Assembly (NCBI GenBank): GCA_028715215.1
Contig: JAQUSF010000002.1
Location: forward strand, 15-64,014
DNA from: Candidatus Zixiibacteriota bacterium
GTDB lineage: Bacteria > Zixibacteria > MSB-5A5 > GN15 > FEB-12
Direction: 5' to 3'
DNA: 64,000 bases
A model generated the notes under the pieces. The model did no database searches. It saw only the letters and a program-made list of their open reading frames with translations, and was not told the DNA's origin. A program made the position numbers and the translations under genes. Below are positions 29,144-38,944 of the stretch, in pieces (within the stretch, counting starts at the first letter, position 1; the number at the start of each line of letters is the position of its first letter).

Positions 29144-31393
29144 GCTCTCACAGGCATCACCGATATTATCTTCATCGCTGTCAAGCTGATCCGGGTTATA
29201 GACATAGATGCAATTATCACAGCTGTCACCGACACCGTCGTCATCACTGTCTTCCTGAAGGGGATTCCCGTAAGTCAAACAGTTATCACAGCTGTCACCG
29301 ATACCGTCCTGGTCAGTGTCAAGCTGGTCAGGATTATAAATATCGGGGCAGTTATCGGTCGGGCAATCGTTTTCGGGGTATCCGGGGTCACCATAGTTGT
29401 CACCATCGGTATCAATACAGGTATACTCAAGATAAGCGGTGGTTTGTTTGATCCGGGAAAATTCACTCCACTGGCCTTCGGCGTCCTGCGCCCGCACTTT
29501 ATAATAGTAAGTCCCTTCCGGTCGGGAAGTAAAATGATAGAAGGTATCGATTATGTCAGAAGCGATAATATTTTCCACCTGATAGACATTGACCGGGTTA
29601 ATATCATCGAAATAAATACCTTCCTCGGTTACGTAGGAATCGGTCATGTAAGTTAATCGTATTGAAATTGTCTGGCCGGTGAAAGCGGACAGGTCAAATT
29701 TGGCTTCAACCCAGCCACCCGATACTCCGGTAATGCCGTTTCCGCGGTTGGCTCCATGGGGATTATAATTGGTAGTTATATTCCCCGCCAGAGGAGTATA
29801 ATTCTGGTGGTCAAGGGATGCTTCCACATAAGCGTAGTCGTAATTATTCTCGATATTATAATAAGTCCAGAATTTAAGACTGTCGCCTGCTTCAACATTG
29901 TAATCGTTTTTTGTGATTAAATAGATAAAGAGATTATTATTTATACCCGAATAAAAACTGGTAGTTGGTGAATGAGTCCTGGCGGATGAGAGAGAAAAAC
30001 CATTATTGACAAAATTATCAAAATTATCGGCGGAGTCAATAATTCGTTTATAATTCTGCAATTCGACCAGCTCATAGTTCACGGCCGGGTTTAAGGTGTC
30101 ATTGAGGGTCCATTCCACCAGATAGTCCTCGGCGTTGACGGTCGGGGGCAAAATAAGTTCCGGTTTTTCCGGGGCTTTCAGGGAATAAATATTGTCGGCA
30201 ATCCCGGCAAGGAACAAACAGGGAGCCAGGTTTTCCTGGACCAGCTGGGGAATTCTTATAACATCCGGCCAGAACTCGTCTATCTCATTGCCCACTTCGA
30301 TCGTAAAGGCAAAATTTTTATTCTTAAGGGTTTGTTCCCCGTAACCCCAGTCATCACTGTCGCCGTTGACAAGGTATAAAGTCCAGGAGGGGCCAGGGGT
30401 GTAGTAATTTCGAAGGAAGATACTGTCGCCCACAGCGGCGAAAATTTCTTCATCGGGAGTATAAATCCGTTCATAACCCCAGGGCCATAAAATTAGGTTG
30501 GAATAAGAATGAAAATAAAGGGTTATGGAAAAATTACGGGCGCTAATGAAATCCCGCATATTAACGGTTTCCGGTTCGGAAAAAGGACCGCTGCCGCGAT
30601 AGGTTTCAGATGATGTATTCGGGGAAGAACCGACGTTATCATATCCCCACTGGTATCCATAATTCCGGTTTAAGTCAACGCCATACGAACCGTTGCCGTT
30701 ATTCCGACGGTTTTTACGCCACATGCCGCCGCCGCCGGGATTGGTTACTTGATTATGGTAATAGCCATCAGGATTGACCATCAGGACAAACCAGAGTTCC
30801 CGGCTGTTCACCAGGTCATATATCTCGGAATTACTATCATAATTATTCAAGAGGTGGTCAATGAAGTAGGTCAGCACCTTGGGGGTGATAACTTCCCGGG
30901 CATGAATGGCGGCCGTATAAAGTACCTCCGGCTCATCTTCATCAAGGTTGGGATTATCGGATATTTTGAACGCCCACATATCGCGGTTTTCAATGGTTTT
31001 GCCGATGCTGACTTTAGCGGAAACCAGGTCCGGGCGGGCGGCAATAATCGAGTCTATATAATTATTAATTTCAGCCAGGGTATAATAACCACCCATATCT
31101 TTGGCCTCTTTATCCAGCCGTGACCGGTAAAAAGCCGACAGGTCCTTATGGATGGTTTCGGTTCGTAATTGTTGCGCCAGGATTTTATCCAGCTCGTATT
31201 TATCGGTTACGACATCGATATAATCCCGACCATACCATATTTCATCCAGGTCCAGGTTTTTAACCTTGTGATAGTCTTCTTTGCTGTCGATGAAAATTCG
31301 GACTTTCATTTTAGGGAGAATATCAGCCGACAGAAGCCCCAAAAACAAAAGACAGAACAAGACTGTAAAAACGGTGTATTTGTATGATTTCAT
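28919..31393 (-). CDS. Secreted M14 zinc carboxypeptidase, paralog of 18642..21167, with TSP type-3 repeats and the dockerin-like CTD
   Basis: It is collinear with 18642..21167 and shares [25 protein letters not shown], the TSP3 repeats and the shared CTD. Confidence 0.85.
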   Translation of the reverse strand: MKSYKYTVFTVLFCLLFLGLLSADILPKMKVRIFIDSKEDYHKVKNLDLDEIWYGRDYIDVVTDKYELDKILAQQLRTETIHKDLSAFYRSRLDKEAKDMGGYYTLAEINNYIDSIIAARPDLVSAKVSIGKTIENRDMWAFKISDNPNLDEDEPEVLYTAAIHAREVITPKVLTYFIDHLLNNYDSNSEIYDLVNSRELWFVLMVNPDGYYHNQVTNPGGGGMWRKNRRNNGNGSYGVDLNRNYGYQWGYDNVGSSPNTSSETYRGSGPFSEPETVNMRDFISARNFSITLYFHSYSNLILWPWGYERIYTPDEEIFAAVGDSIFLRNYYTPGPSWTLYLVNGDSDDWGYGEQTLKNKNFAFTIEVGNEIDEFWPDVIRIPQLVQENLAPCLFLAGIADNIYSLKAPEKPELILPPTVNAEDYLVEWTLNDTLNPAVNYELVELQNYKRIIDSADNFDNFVNNGFSLSSARTHSPTTSFYSGINNNLFIYLITKNDYNVEAGDSLKFWTYYNIENNYDYAYVEASLDHQNYTPLAGNITTNYNPHGANRGNGITGVSGGWVEAKFDLSAFTGQTISIRLTYMTDSYVTEEGIYFDDINPVNVYQVENIIASDIIDTFYHFTSRPEGTYYYKVRAQDAEGQWSEFSRIKQTTAYLEYTCIDTDGDNYGDPGYPENDCPTDNCPDIYNPDQLDTDQDGIGDSCDNCLTYGNPLQEDSDDDGVGDSCDNCIYVYNPDQLDSDEDNIGDACESCCQGLTGNADCSESDQPDIADITRLIDYLYISQTELCCLPEADVDRSGGEPDISDITYLIDHLYLTHKALPDCP

Positions 31394-31568
31394 TTAAACC
31401 CTCGGTGGTAGGAACATTGTTTCAATACCTTGTTGCTAATACATTTTGTTAAAGGAAATATAATAATTTCTTCCTTTTTTCAAATAGTTATTATTCTTAT
31501 CGACATAAGATTTTTAAATAATACAGAATCACGGCTTTTTCAGATATTCCTTTTTTAATTTAGCCGAT

Positions 31569-31597
31569 TTGTTTAAATTAACATAAATAATTATAAT
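31569..31597 (+). promoter_or_regulatory. Possible sigma70-like promoter of the methyltransferase operon
   Basis: TTGTTT (31569-31574), a 17-nt spacer and TATAAT (31592-31597) lie 32 nt upstream of ATG 31629. The -35 element is weak. Confidence 0.4.
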
Positions 31598-31628
31598 TTG
31601 AATATTACTTTTTAAGGGTAAATTACAT

Positions 31629-33086
31629 ATGCGACCGACCTTAAGGTTTTTATCGGAAAAACTTATCACACAAATTGTCAGTGAGGCCCGGGATATATTA
31701 TGCCGGCTGGGGGTGGAAATACAAAATCGAGCTGTACTCGATTTACTTTCGGAACATGGTGCCGGTGTGGATAAGGCAAAATCACGGGTATTATTTACCG
31801 AGCCGATTATTGACCGTACTCTGGCCGCGGCGCCGGTCTCTTTTGCTCTCTATGACGTCCTGGGGAATAAAACCCACGATTTTTCGGATGACCATGTTTA
31901 TTTTACCCCCGGGTCTTCGGCTTTATATTTCCTCGACCATAATGCGGTCAAACCCCGGCGCCCGAATACTTCTGATTACATCCGGTATGCCCGGTTGACC
32001 AGTCGCTTGAAATACCTGGCTTCCCAGAGCACGGCTTTCGTTCCGGCTGATGTACCGGAAAAAATAGCGGACAGTTATCGCCTGTTTCTGAGTCTTTTGT
32101 TTTGTGAAAAGCCGGTGGTAACCGGAGCTTTTACGATAGAAGCCTTTGAAGTAATGAAGGAAATGCAGGTGGCGGTGCGGGGGTCGGGAACGGCGCTAAA
32201 AAACAAACCCTTAACGATATTTTCCTGTTGCCCGACATCGCCGTTAAAATGGAGCGATATTACCCTGCAGAATCTTGTTGATTGTGCCCGGGATGCCATC
32301 CCGGTCGAGTTTATCGCCATGCCCCTGGCTGGTTTTGTCGCCCCGGTCACCCTGGTGGGAACACTGGTGCAACATACCGCTGAAACCCTGAGTGGCCTGG
32401 TTATAAGTCAGCTTGTCAATCCCGGTACCCCGGTATTATACGGCGGTTCACCGGCTATTTTTGATATCCGTTATGAAACCACTCCTATGGGGGCGGTCGA
32501 AACGATGATGATTGACTGCGCTTATAATGAAATCGGCAAATACCTGGGTTTACCCACCCAGGCCTATATTTCGCTGAGCGATGCCAAGCTCCTTGACGCC
32601 CAGGCTGGGTTGGAATCATCTATGGGTGCTACCCTGGCGGCGCTGTCAGGAATTAACAGTATTTCCGGACCAGGGATGCTTGACTTTGAAAATTGTATCA
32701 GTCTGGAAAAACTGGTGGTTGATAACGAAATCTGCGGGATGGCTCTCCGGCTGGTGGAGGAAATCGAACCCCGGGAAGATTTTCCCTCAATCGCCCTTTT
32801 TGAAGAACTGCTGGCGGAAAAGCATCTGCTTATTGCCGGGCATACCCGCAAGTATCTTAAAAAGGAACACTATTTTACCGGACCGGTGCTCGACCGGACT
32901 AACCGGGCGCGCTGGCTTGAAGAAGGCAGTCTTACCCTTATGCAACGGGCTCATAACGAGGTGACAAAGCTGGTGGGCGAATATGAACCGTCCCGTCTGG
33001 GCGAAGATATTAAAAAGGAATTAATCCGGTTGATGGAAAGAGAAGCGCAACGTTACGGAACCGATAAATTACCGGACAGAACATAA
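31629..33086 (+). CDS. MttB-superfamily methyltransferase, non-pyrrolysine type (quaternary amine:corrinoid methyltransferase candidate)
   Basis: It has full-length similarity to the trimethylamine methyltransferase family. The ORF is uninterrupted, with no in-frame TAG. Confidence 0.75.
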   Translation: MRPTLRFLSEKLITQIVSEARDILCRLGVEIQNRAVLDLLSEHGAGVDKAKSRVLFTEPIIDRTLAAAPVSFALYDVLGNKTHDFSDDHVYFTPGSSALYFLDHNAVKPRRPNTSDYIRYARLTSRLKYLASQSTAFVPADVPEKIADSYRLFLSLLFCEKPVVTGAFTIEAFEVMKEMQVAVRGSGTALKNKPLTIFSCCPTSPLKWSDITLQNLVDCARDAIPVEFIAMPLAGFVAPVTLVGTLVQHTAETLSGLVISQLVNPGTPVLYGGSPAIFDIRYETTPMGAVETMMIDCAYNEIGKYLGLPTQAYISLSDAKLLDAQAGLESSMGATLAALSGINSISGPGMLDFENCISLEKLVVDNEICGMALRLVEEIEPREDFPSIALFEELLAEKHLLIAGHTRKYLKKEHYFTGPVLDRTNRARWLEEGSLTLMQRAHNEVTKLVGEYEPSRLGEDIKKELIRLMEREAQRYGTDKLPDRT

Positions 33087-33790
33087 TGGATGAAATAATT
33101 CATATCGATATTGAGAAGATAATTCCGCGTATGGACAATGTTTTAGAACAGCAGGGAATGGCAAAAAAAACAGTTCCTTCGGAAAAAATAAGAGAGCTTT
33201 ATATGCGGGTGCTGGCCATTTATCGCCAGTGCGCCCGGCCCATGGGTATCTGGCTGGAGGTAACACCTGAAGACTTTGGCCGGCTTTATGAGGGCGAGGA
33301 GATGAATGACCGCTCAACGCCGGTAGCGGATATTTTCCCGAGAGCTGAAAGCCTGGCCCTGTTTGCCGTTACTCTTGGCCAGGCGGTCACTGACAGGATT
33401 AATGAATTGATGGTGGTTAATGACTTTGCGACCGGCAGTATGCTGGACTCGATGGCTTCCGAAAGTGCGGAGAGCGCCGCTGATTACATCCAGAGTTGTT
33501 ATTTTAAAAAGATGTTTAAAGCCGGTTCTTACTATCCTGATATGCGAGTGCTTCGCTACAGCCCCGGGTACTGCGGCTGGCATATCAGCGGTCAGAAAAA
33601 ACTCTTTGCGTATTTGCACCCGGAAACAATCGGGCTTTCCTGCAACAGCAGTTTTCTTATGTCGCCGCTTAAATCGATTACCGGAGTATTGATTGCCGCC
33701 ATAAAAGAAAATCATTATTTTGAAATGGAATACGATTGTTGCAGAACCTGTAAGACTTTTTCCTGCCGGGAAAGGCTGAAAAATTTGTAG
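33086..33790 (+). CDS. MetH activation-domain-like protein (vitamin B12-dependent methionine synthase activation region family)
   Basis: The motif RYSPGYCGWHISGQKKLFAYL...IGLSCNSSFLMSPLKSITGVLI is typical of stand-alone activation-domain proteins. It overlaps the mttB-like gene by 1 nt (TAATG). Confidence 0.6.
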   Translation: MDEIIHIDIEKIIPRMDNVLEQQGMAKKTVPSEKIRELYMRVLAIYRQCARPMGIWLEVTPEDFGRLYEGEEMNDRSTPVADIFPRAESLALFAVTLGQAVTDRINELMVVNDFATGSMLDSMASESAESAADYIQSCYFKKMFKAGSYYPDMRVLRYSPGYCGWHISGQKKLFAYLHPETIGLSCNSSFLMSPLKSITGVLIAAIKENHYFEMEYDCCRTCKTFSCRERLKNL

Positions 33791-33822
33791 GAATATAAGT
33801 ATTTTTAAATCAGGGTTGGAAA

Positions 33823-34458
33823 ATGAAAATTCTTGAAGAAATTTCGAAATACCTTCAGAGCGGCGACGACACCAAAGTCCGGGAGCTGACTCAGACAGCG
33901 GTAGAGGTAAAAATCCCTCCCGGTGAAATCCTTGACGACGGCTTGATTGCCGGTATGAATATCATAGGTATCCGGTTCAAAGCTCATGAGATATTTTTAC
34001 CCGATGTTCTTTTGGCGGCCAGGGCAATGTATGCCGGGATGGATGTTTTAAAACCATTGTTTATACAAGGGCAGATGCCCACTCTGGGGAAAGTGGTAAT
34101 CGGAACAGTCCAGGGCGATTTGCATGATATCGGCAAGAACCTGGTGGCGATCATGCTCAAAGGGGCGGGCTTTGAAGTAATCGACCTGGGGCACGATGTT
34201 CCTTCGGAAAAATTCGTAGAAACCGCCTGTCTTCAAAAAGCCGGTTATATAGGCTTATCGTCTCTTTTAACCACTACCATGCCGGCTATGAAGGAAGTCA
34301 TCCGGTTATTAAAAGAAAAACAACCTGATAGTGCCATCAGGGTCATTGTCGGGGGAGCACCCATTACAAAAGAATATGCAACGGAAATTGGTGCTGATGC
34401 TTATGGCTTCGACGCCATGAATGCGGTGGACGTATTTAAGTCATTTTTGAGCGAATGA
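33823..34458 (+). CDS. Corrinoid (B12-binding) methyl-carrier protein
   Basis: A helical cap domain is followed by a Rossmann B12-binding domain with the DxHxxG motif (GDLHDIGKN). Confidence 0.85.
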   Translation: MKILEEISKYLQSGDDTKVRELTQTAVEVKIPPGEILDDGLIAGMNIIGIRFKAHEIFLPDVLLAARAMYAGMDVLKPLFIQGQMPTLGKVVIGTVQGDLHDIGKNLVAIMLKGAGFEVIDLGHDVPSEKFVETACLQKAGYIGLSSLLTTTMPAMKEVIRLLKEKQPDSAIRVIVGGAPITKEYATEIGADAYGFDAMNAVDVFKSFLSE

Positions 34459-34461
34459 ACA

Positions 34462-35358
34462 ATGGAACCCGTACTGGACAGGATAAAAAAAGGTGCAATA
34501 CTGGTCGCCGACGGCGCCATGGGAACCCTGTTAATGGCCCGGGGAGTCGATATTAAAAGAGGTCCGGAAGCGGTCAACCTGTCCGAACCGTCGATTCTTG
34601 AACAAATAGCTTTTGAATATCTCGAAGCCGGGGCGGATATTATTCATACCAACACTTTTGGCGCCTCACCATTGAAACTGGCCATGTATCATCTGGAAGA
34701 AAATTCGCGGATGATAAATCAAAATGCTGTTCGAGCCGTTAAGAAAACAGTCGGTAACAGGGCTTATGTTTCCGTTTCGTGCGGACCATCGGGACGTCTT
34801 TTAAAACCTTTCGGTGACACCGGCCCTGAAGAAATATATAATTCCTTCGAAAAGCAGTTTGCCTTCATCTCAGGCGAAGGGGTCGATTTAATCTGTATTG
34901 AGACCATGACCGACCTTACCGAGGCTGTCCTGGCGGTTAAAGCCGCTAAAGCGGTCATGTCGCCGGTACCGGTTATGGCGACCATGACCTTTGATGAAAC
35001 CCCCCGCGGTTTTTTTACAATTATGGGAGTGAGCATTCCCCGGGCAGCCGGGGAACTGGAAAAAGCCGGTGCGAGTATTATTGGTTCCAACTGCGGTAAC
35101 GGTATCGAGAAAATGATTAAAATCGCAAGGGAATTTAAAAATTGTACCCTGTTGCCATTATTGATACAGCCCAATGCGGGTTTACCGGAAATTACCGACG
35201 GCAAACTGGTTTATAAGGAAACGCCGGAGTTTATGGCTGAAAAAGCTACAGAGCTGGCAGAGATGGGTGTAGAAGTAATCGGGGGGTGTTGCGGGACGAC
35301 CCCGGACCATATTCGAGCTATAAGAAAAATGGTTGATTCTTGTATGAAGAAATTATAA
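34462..35358 (+). CDS. Homocysteine S-methyltransferase domain protein (MetH N-terminal module-like)
   Basis: Motifs are ILVADGAMGTLL, IIHTNTFGAS, GSNCGNG and the zinc-ligand motif GGCCGTTPDHIRAI. Confidence 0.8.
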   Translation: MEPVLDRIKKGAILVADGAMGTLLMARGVDIKRGPEAVNLSEPSILEQIAFEYLEAGADIIHTNTFGASPLKLAMYHLEENSRMINQNAVRAVKKTVGNRAYVSVSCGPSGRLLKPFGDTGPEEIYNSFEKQFAFISGEGVDLICIETMTDLTEAVLAVKAAKAVMSPVPVMATMTFDETPRGFFTIMGVSIPRAAGELEKAGASIIGSNCGNGIEKMIKIAREFKNCTLLPLLIQPNAGLPEITDGKLVYKETPEFMAEKATELAEMGVEVIGGCCGTTPDHIRAIRKMVDSCMKKL

Positions 35359-35365
35359 TTCTGTT

Positions 35366-36328
35366 ATGAATATGATGAAAAGGCGTGATTTTATAAGACA
35401 AACCGGCAAAGCAGCGGCTCTGGCCGCCTTAACCGCCGGTACAGGCTGGTTTTTTTATAATCGGAAGGATGAAACTTACGAAGTCCCGATTTTAAAAGAC
35501 ATTGATTTTGAAATTTCACCCGATTCGGGCTTTCCCGGGCTTACGCTGGCTCGGGATGAAGACCATATCCGGGCTTTGCATAAAGCCCTGGATGCCATCG
35601 GAAGTATAAAGAGATTTATAAAAACAGGCGAGAAGGTGACCATTAAACCCAATATTGGTTGGGACCGGGCGCCGGAGCAGGCGGCCACAACCAACCCGGT
35701 ATTGGTAGGCGAGATGGTGCGGCTCTGCCTGGAGGCGGGAGCCGGGGAAGTGATTGTAAGCGATGTCCCCTGTAATGACGCCCGGCGTACTTTTATTCGT
35801 TCCGGTATTAAAGAAGCCGCCGAAAAAGCCGGGGCAAAGGTATTTCTTCCGGTGGATGATGATTTTATCCAGGTTGATTTGAAAGGTAAGATTTTAACCC
35901 GCTGGCCGGTGCTCAGGCATTTTATCCAAACCGATAAATTTATCAATATGCCGATTGTCAAGCAGCATTCGCTATGTACCTGTACTATCGGTATGAAAAA
36001 TCTGTATGGTATTCTCGGTGGCGCCCGCAACCGTTTGCATCAGCAAATTGACGAGTCGATTGTGGACCTGGCGGCTTTCTGTCGTCCGACGCTGGTGGTT
36101 GTCGATGCTACCCGGGTGTTGATGAGGGGCGGACCGACCGGGGGTTCTTTGAGTGACGTCGAGATACATAACACCGTTCTCTGCGCTACCGACCAGGTGG
36201 CAGCTGATGCCCGGTCATCGGAATTTTTAAATGCCCGGGCGGAAAGAATCAGTCACCTTACCCTGGCCGAGAAAAGCGGTCTTGGGAAAATTGACTATAA
36301 TTTCATTGGTTATAAAGAAGTCAGCTGA
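35366..36328 (+). CDS. Tat-exported DUF362-family protein
   Basis: It has a twin-arginine signal (KRRDFIRQTGKAAALAALTAG) and DUF362-like core motifs (IKPNIGW, MKNLYGILGG). Confidence 0.75.
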   Translation: MNMMKRRDFIRQTGKAAALAALTAGTGWFFYNRKDETYEVPILKDIDFEISPDSGFPGLTLARDEDHIRALHKALDAIGSIKRFIKTGEKVTIKPNIGWDRAPEQAATTNPVLVGEMVRLCLEAGAGEVIVSDVPCNDARRTFIRSGIKEAAEKAGAKVFLPVDDDFIQVDLKGKILTRWPVLRHFIQTDKFINMPIVKQHSLCTCTIGMKNLYGILGGARNRLHQQIDESIVDLAAFCRPTLVVVDATRVLMRGGPTGGSLSDVEIHNTVLCATDQVAADARSSEFLNARAERISHLTLAEKSGLGKIDYNFIGYKEVS

Positions 36329-37995
36329 TGACTATCAAAACAGTAAGAAATCTCAGGCGGATATCACAGGTTATATTTTTTATTATTTTTTTCTGGTTGA
36401 TTTTAAAGACGAATTTTGAGGTTAATTTCAGCCCCTCCGATAGTAGTGAGATTTTGCTGCCGTACCCGGTTTCGATCGCCCTCCAGTTTGACCCGCTGGT
36501 GGCGTTGGCAACTGTGCTTGCCAATGGCACCGTGTATAAAGGTCTGCTGTGGTCTCTGGTTATCCTGATTCCGACTATTTTCCTGGGGCGTTTCTTCTGC
36601 GGTTGGATTTGTCCGCTGGGTTCGGTAAACCACTGGATATCGGAGATTCCCACTGAAAGGACGCGGCGCAAGGGGAAAGGTATCATTGAAGCCAACCGTT
36701 ATAAAAAATATCAACGCATAAAGTATTATGTTCTTCTTGTTTTTCTGGCGGCGGCCTTTGCGGGAACTTTACAAACCGGTCTTCTGGACCCCTTGCCTCT
36801 ACTGGCACGTTCAATCGGCACGGTCGTTCTGCCCGCTTTACATACCGGTGCCGTCGAGGCTCTCAACTGGATAAAGAATCTCGGTCTGACGCCGCTGAGT
36901 AATCTGGCTCAGTTTATTTATGACCTGATGGCCACCATCTTTCTGCCTTTTCACCGGATGCATTTTCATACTATTTTGACAATCGGTTTTCTGTTTACGG
37001 CCATCCTGGTGCTCAATCGTCTTTATACCCGGTTCTGGTGTCGGGGTATCTGTCCGCTGGGAGCTCTGTTGGGGATTTTCTCCCGGTATGCCATCTTCGG
37101 GCTTGAAAAAGATGAAACCACCTGCGACAGCTGCCGCAAATGCGTCATGCATTGTCAGGGCGCCGATAATCCCGAACCCGGCTTTGTCTGGCGACAGGCC
37201 GAGTGCCATTTATGTTTAAACTGTCAGGCCGCTTGTCCTCAATCATCCCTTAAATTCAAATTCTTCCCCAATCAGGTGGTAACCAAAACCAATCCGGCTT
37301 TGACGCAGAAAGTTGATGTCAGTCGCAGAAAAGTGGTGGCCTCGCTGGCGGGGGGCCTGGCATTATATCCGCTTCTGAGAGCCGGGGATGCTTTTGACGT
37401 CAACGCCAGTGAAAAACTTATCCGCCCGCCCGGGTCGGTAAATGAAAAAGACTTCCTGACCCGCTGTATCCGCTGCGGCCAGTGTATGCGGGTTTGCCCC
37501 AATAACGCCCTGCACCCGACTTTTCTTGAGTCCGGCCTTGAGGGCCTCTGGTCGCCGATGCTGATAGCCAAAATCGGTTACTGTGAGCATACCTGTACCT
37601 TATGCGGTCAGGTCTGTCCAACCGAAGCAATCCGCGAACTGACCATGAAAGAAAAAATCGGTGATGACGACCACCCGCCGAATAGAATCGGTACCGCCTT
37701 TATCGACCGGGGTCGCTGTCTGCCGTGGGCTATGGCCAGACCCTGTATCGTCTGTGAAGAATGGTGCCCGACCTCGCCCAAGGCCATTTACCTGAAGGAG
37801 GAAGTCGTGACCGACCGCCAGGGCAACCGGGTAACGGTTATGCAACCCTATATCGACCCGAATCTCTGTACCGGTTGTGGAGCCTGTGAATATGCCTGTC
37901 CGGTAACCGACCGGGCGGCGATTTATATTACCTCGGTGGGCGAATCAAGGTCATTAAAAAATCAGATTTTAATTGAAAGGAAAGGAGCCGGTTAA
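36328..37995 (+). CDS. Membrane-bound polyferredoxin (NapH/MauN/NosR-like 4Fe-4S protein)
   Basis: The TM region carries two CxxxCP motifs (CGWICPLG, CRGICPLG). At least six CxxCxxCxxxCP-type cluster motifs are present. It overlaps the DUF362 gene by 1 nt (TGATG). Confidence 0.8.
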   Translation: MTIKTVRNLRRISQVIFFIIFFWLILKTNFEVNFSPSDSSEILLPYPVSIALQFDPLVALATVLANGTVYKGLLWSLVILIPTIFLGRFFCGWICPLGSVNHWISEIPTERTRRKGKGIIEANRYKKYQRIKYYVLLVFLAAAFAGTLQTGLLDPLPLLARSIGTVVLPALHTGAVEALNWIKNLGLTPLSNLAQFIYDLMATIFLPFHRMHFHTILTIGFLFTAILVLNRLYTRFWCRGICPLGALLGIFSRYAIFGLEKDETTCDSCRKCVMHCQGADNPEPGFVWRQAECHLCLNCQAACPQSSLKFKFFPNQVVTKTNPALTQKVDVSRRKVVASLAGGLALYPLLRAGDAFDVNASEKLIRPPGSVNEKDFLTRCIRCGQCMRVCPNNALHPTFLESGLEGLWSPMLIAKIGYCEHTCTLCGQVCPTEAIRELTMKEKIGDDDHPPNRIGTAFIDRGRCLPWAMARPCIVCEEWCPTSPKAIYLKEEVVTDRQGNRVTVMQPYIDPNLCTGCGACEYACPVTDRAAIYITSVGESRSLKNQILIERKGAG

Positions 37996-37996
37996 G

Positions 37997-38944
37997 GTGC
38001 GAAAAAATATTTCCTGTTATGGGCTGGCTATAGGGTTGATCTTAATCGGCGGTTGTGCCCAACAGGATATTTATCAGGCCCGGAATTATCTTCCGGAAAA
38101 GATAGCCGAATTTGACTGCGAACGTATTTCCGATATCCGGGTCTACAGGAGCGATTCATTATGGGAATATATCAATGGCGGGGCGGAACTCTATCACAAT
38201 TACAATTTTATCGAGGTTGCCACAGCTGACTATAAAGCGGGCGGGGTGGAAATTGTCGTCGATATATATCGTTTCGACTCTTCTTTGAACGCCTATGGTC
38301 TGTATACCAATTTTCGCCCGCCAGCACCTGATACCGTCAGGCTCGGGGTGGAAGGATATAAAGCCCCGGGGAGTGTTAATTTTGTCAAGGGGACCTATCT
38401 GGTTCGTCTGACCGGCTATGATGAATCCGCATCAACCTCTGCGGCCCTGACCGCCACCGCCCGGGCTATCGAAAAAATGATTCCCGGAACAACTGAATAC
38501 CCGGAGCTCTTCAGATGCTTTTATTTCGTGGATAAGATAAAATACACCGACCAATATCTGGCCGGTTCGTTTCTGGGAAGAAAATTTCTGACAGCTTTTT
38601 ATACCCAAAATTATCTTGTCGAGAACGATACCGCCACCTTTTTCCTGAGTGAAGACGCTACTGGAGAAAAATTTGACCGATGGATGGAAGATTTAAAAAA
38701 CGATACGACCTTTGTCCAATTACCCCCGGGAATATTCACGGTAAACGGCCGGTTTTTTGCCTATAAAGATTCTTTCTACAACAGAATTTTTGTATTTTAT
38801 GACAGCGGTTTTATCCTGGGCGGGTTTGATGTGCAGATGGAGTATGTGAATATTATGACTCAATGGATTATGTCTCTACCCGGATTCAATGCGGATAGTA
38901 TGATGGTGAGAATTAATAGAATAACCGATACTATCGACAATTAA
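37997..38944 (+). CDS. Probable lipoprotein of unknown function, paralog of 763..1638
   Basis: GTG 37997 has a GGAG 9 nt upstream. The signal/lipobox-like segment is LAIGLILIGGC. It shares the YINGGAELY motif with 763..1638. An alternative ATG at 37973 lies inside the upstream gene. Confidence 0.65.
   Translation: MRKNISCYGLAIGLILIGGCAQQDIYQARNYLPEKIAEFDCERISDIRVYRSDSLWEYINGGAELYHNYNFIEVATADYKAGGVEIVVDIYRFDSSLNAYGLYTNFRPPAPDTVRLGVEGYKAPGSVNFVKGTYLVRLTGYDESASTSAALTATARAIEKMIPGTTEYPELFRCFYFVDKIKYTDQYLAGSFLGRKFLTAFYTQNYLVENDTATFFLSEDATGEKFDRWMEDLKNDTTFVQLPPGIFTVNGRFFAYKDSFYNRIFVFYDSGFILGGFDVQMEYVNIMTQWIMSLPGFNADSMMVRINRITDTIDN

Noticed and set aside
31629-33086. An in-frame amber (pyrrolysine) codon in the MttB-family gene.
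   Set aside because: The ORF is continuous with no internal TAG, and no pyl genes are in the window. It is treated as a non-Pyl MttB homolog.
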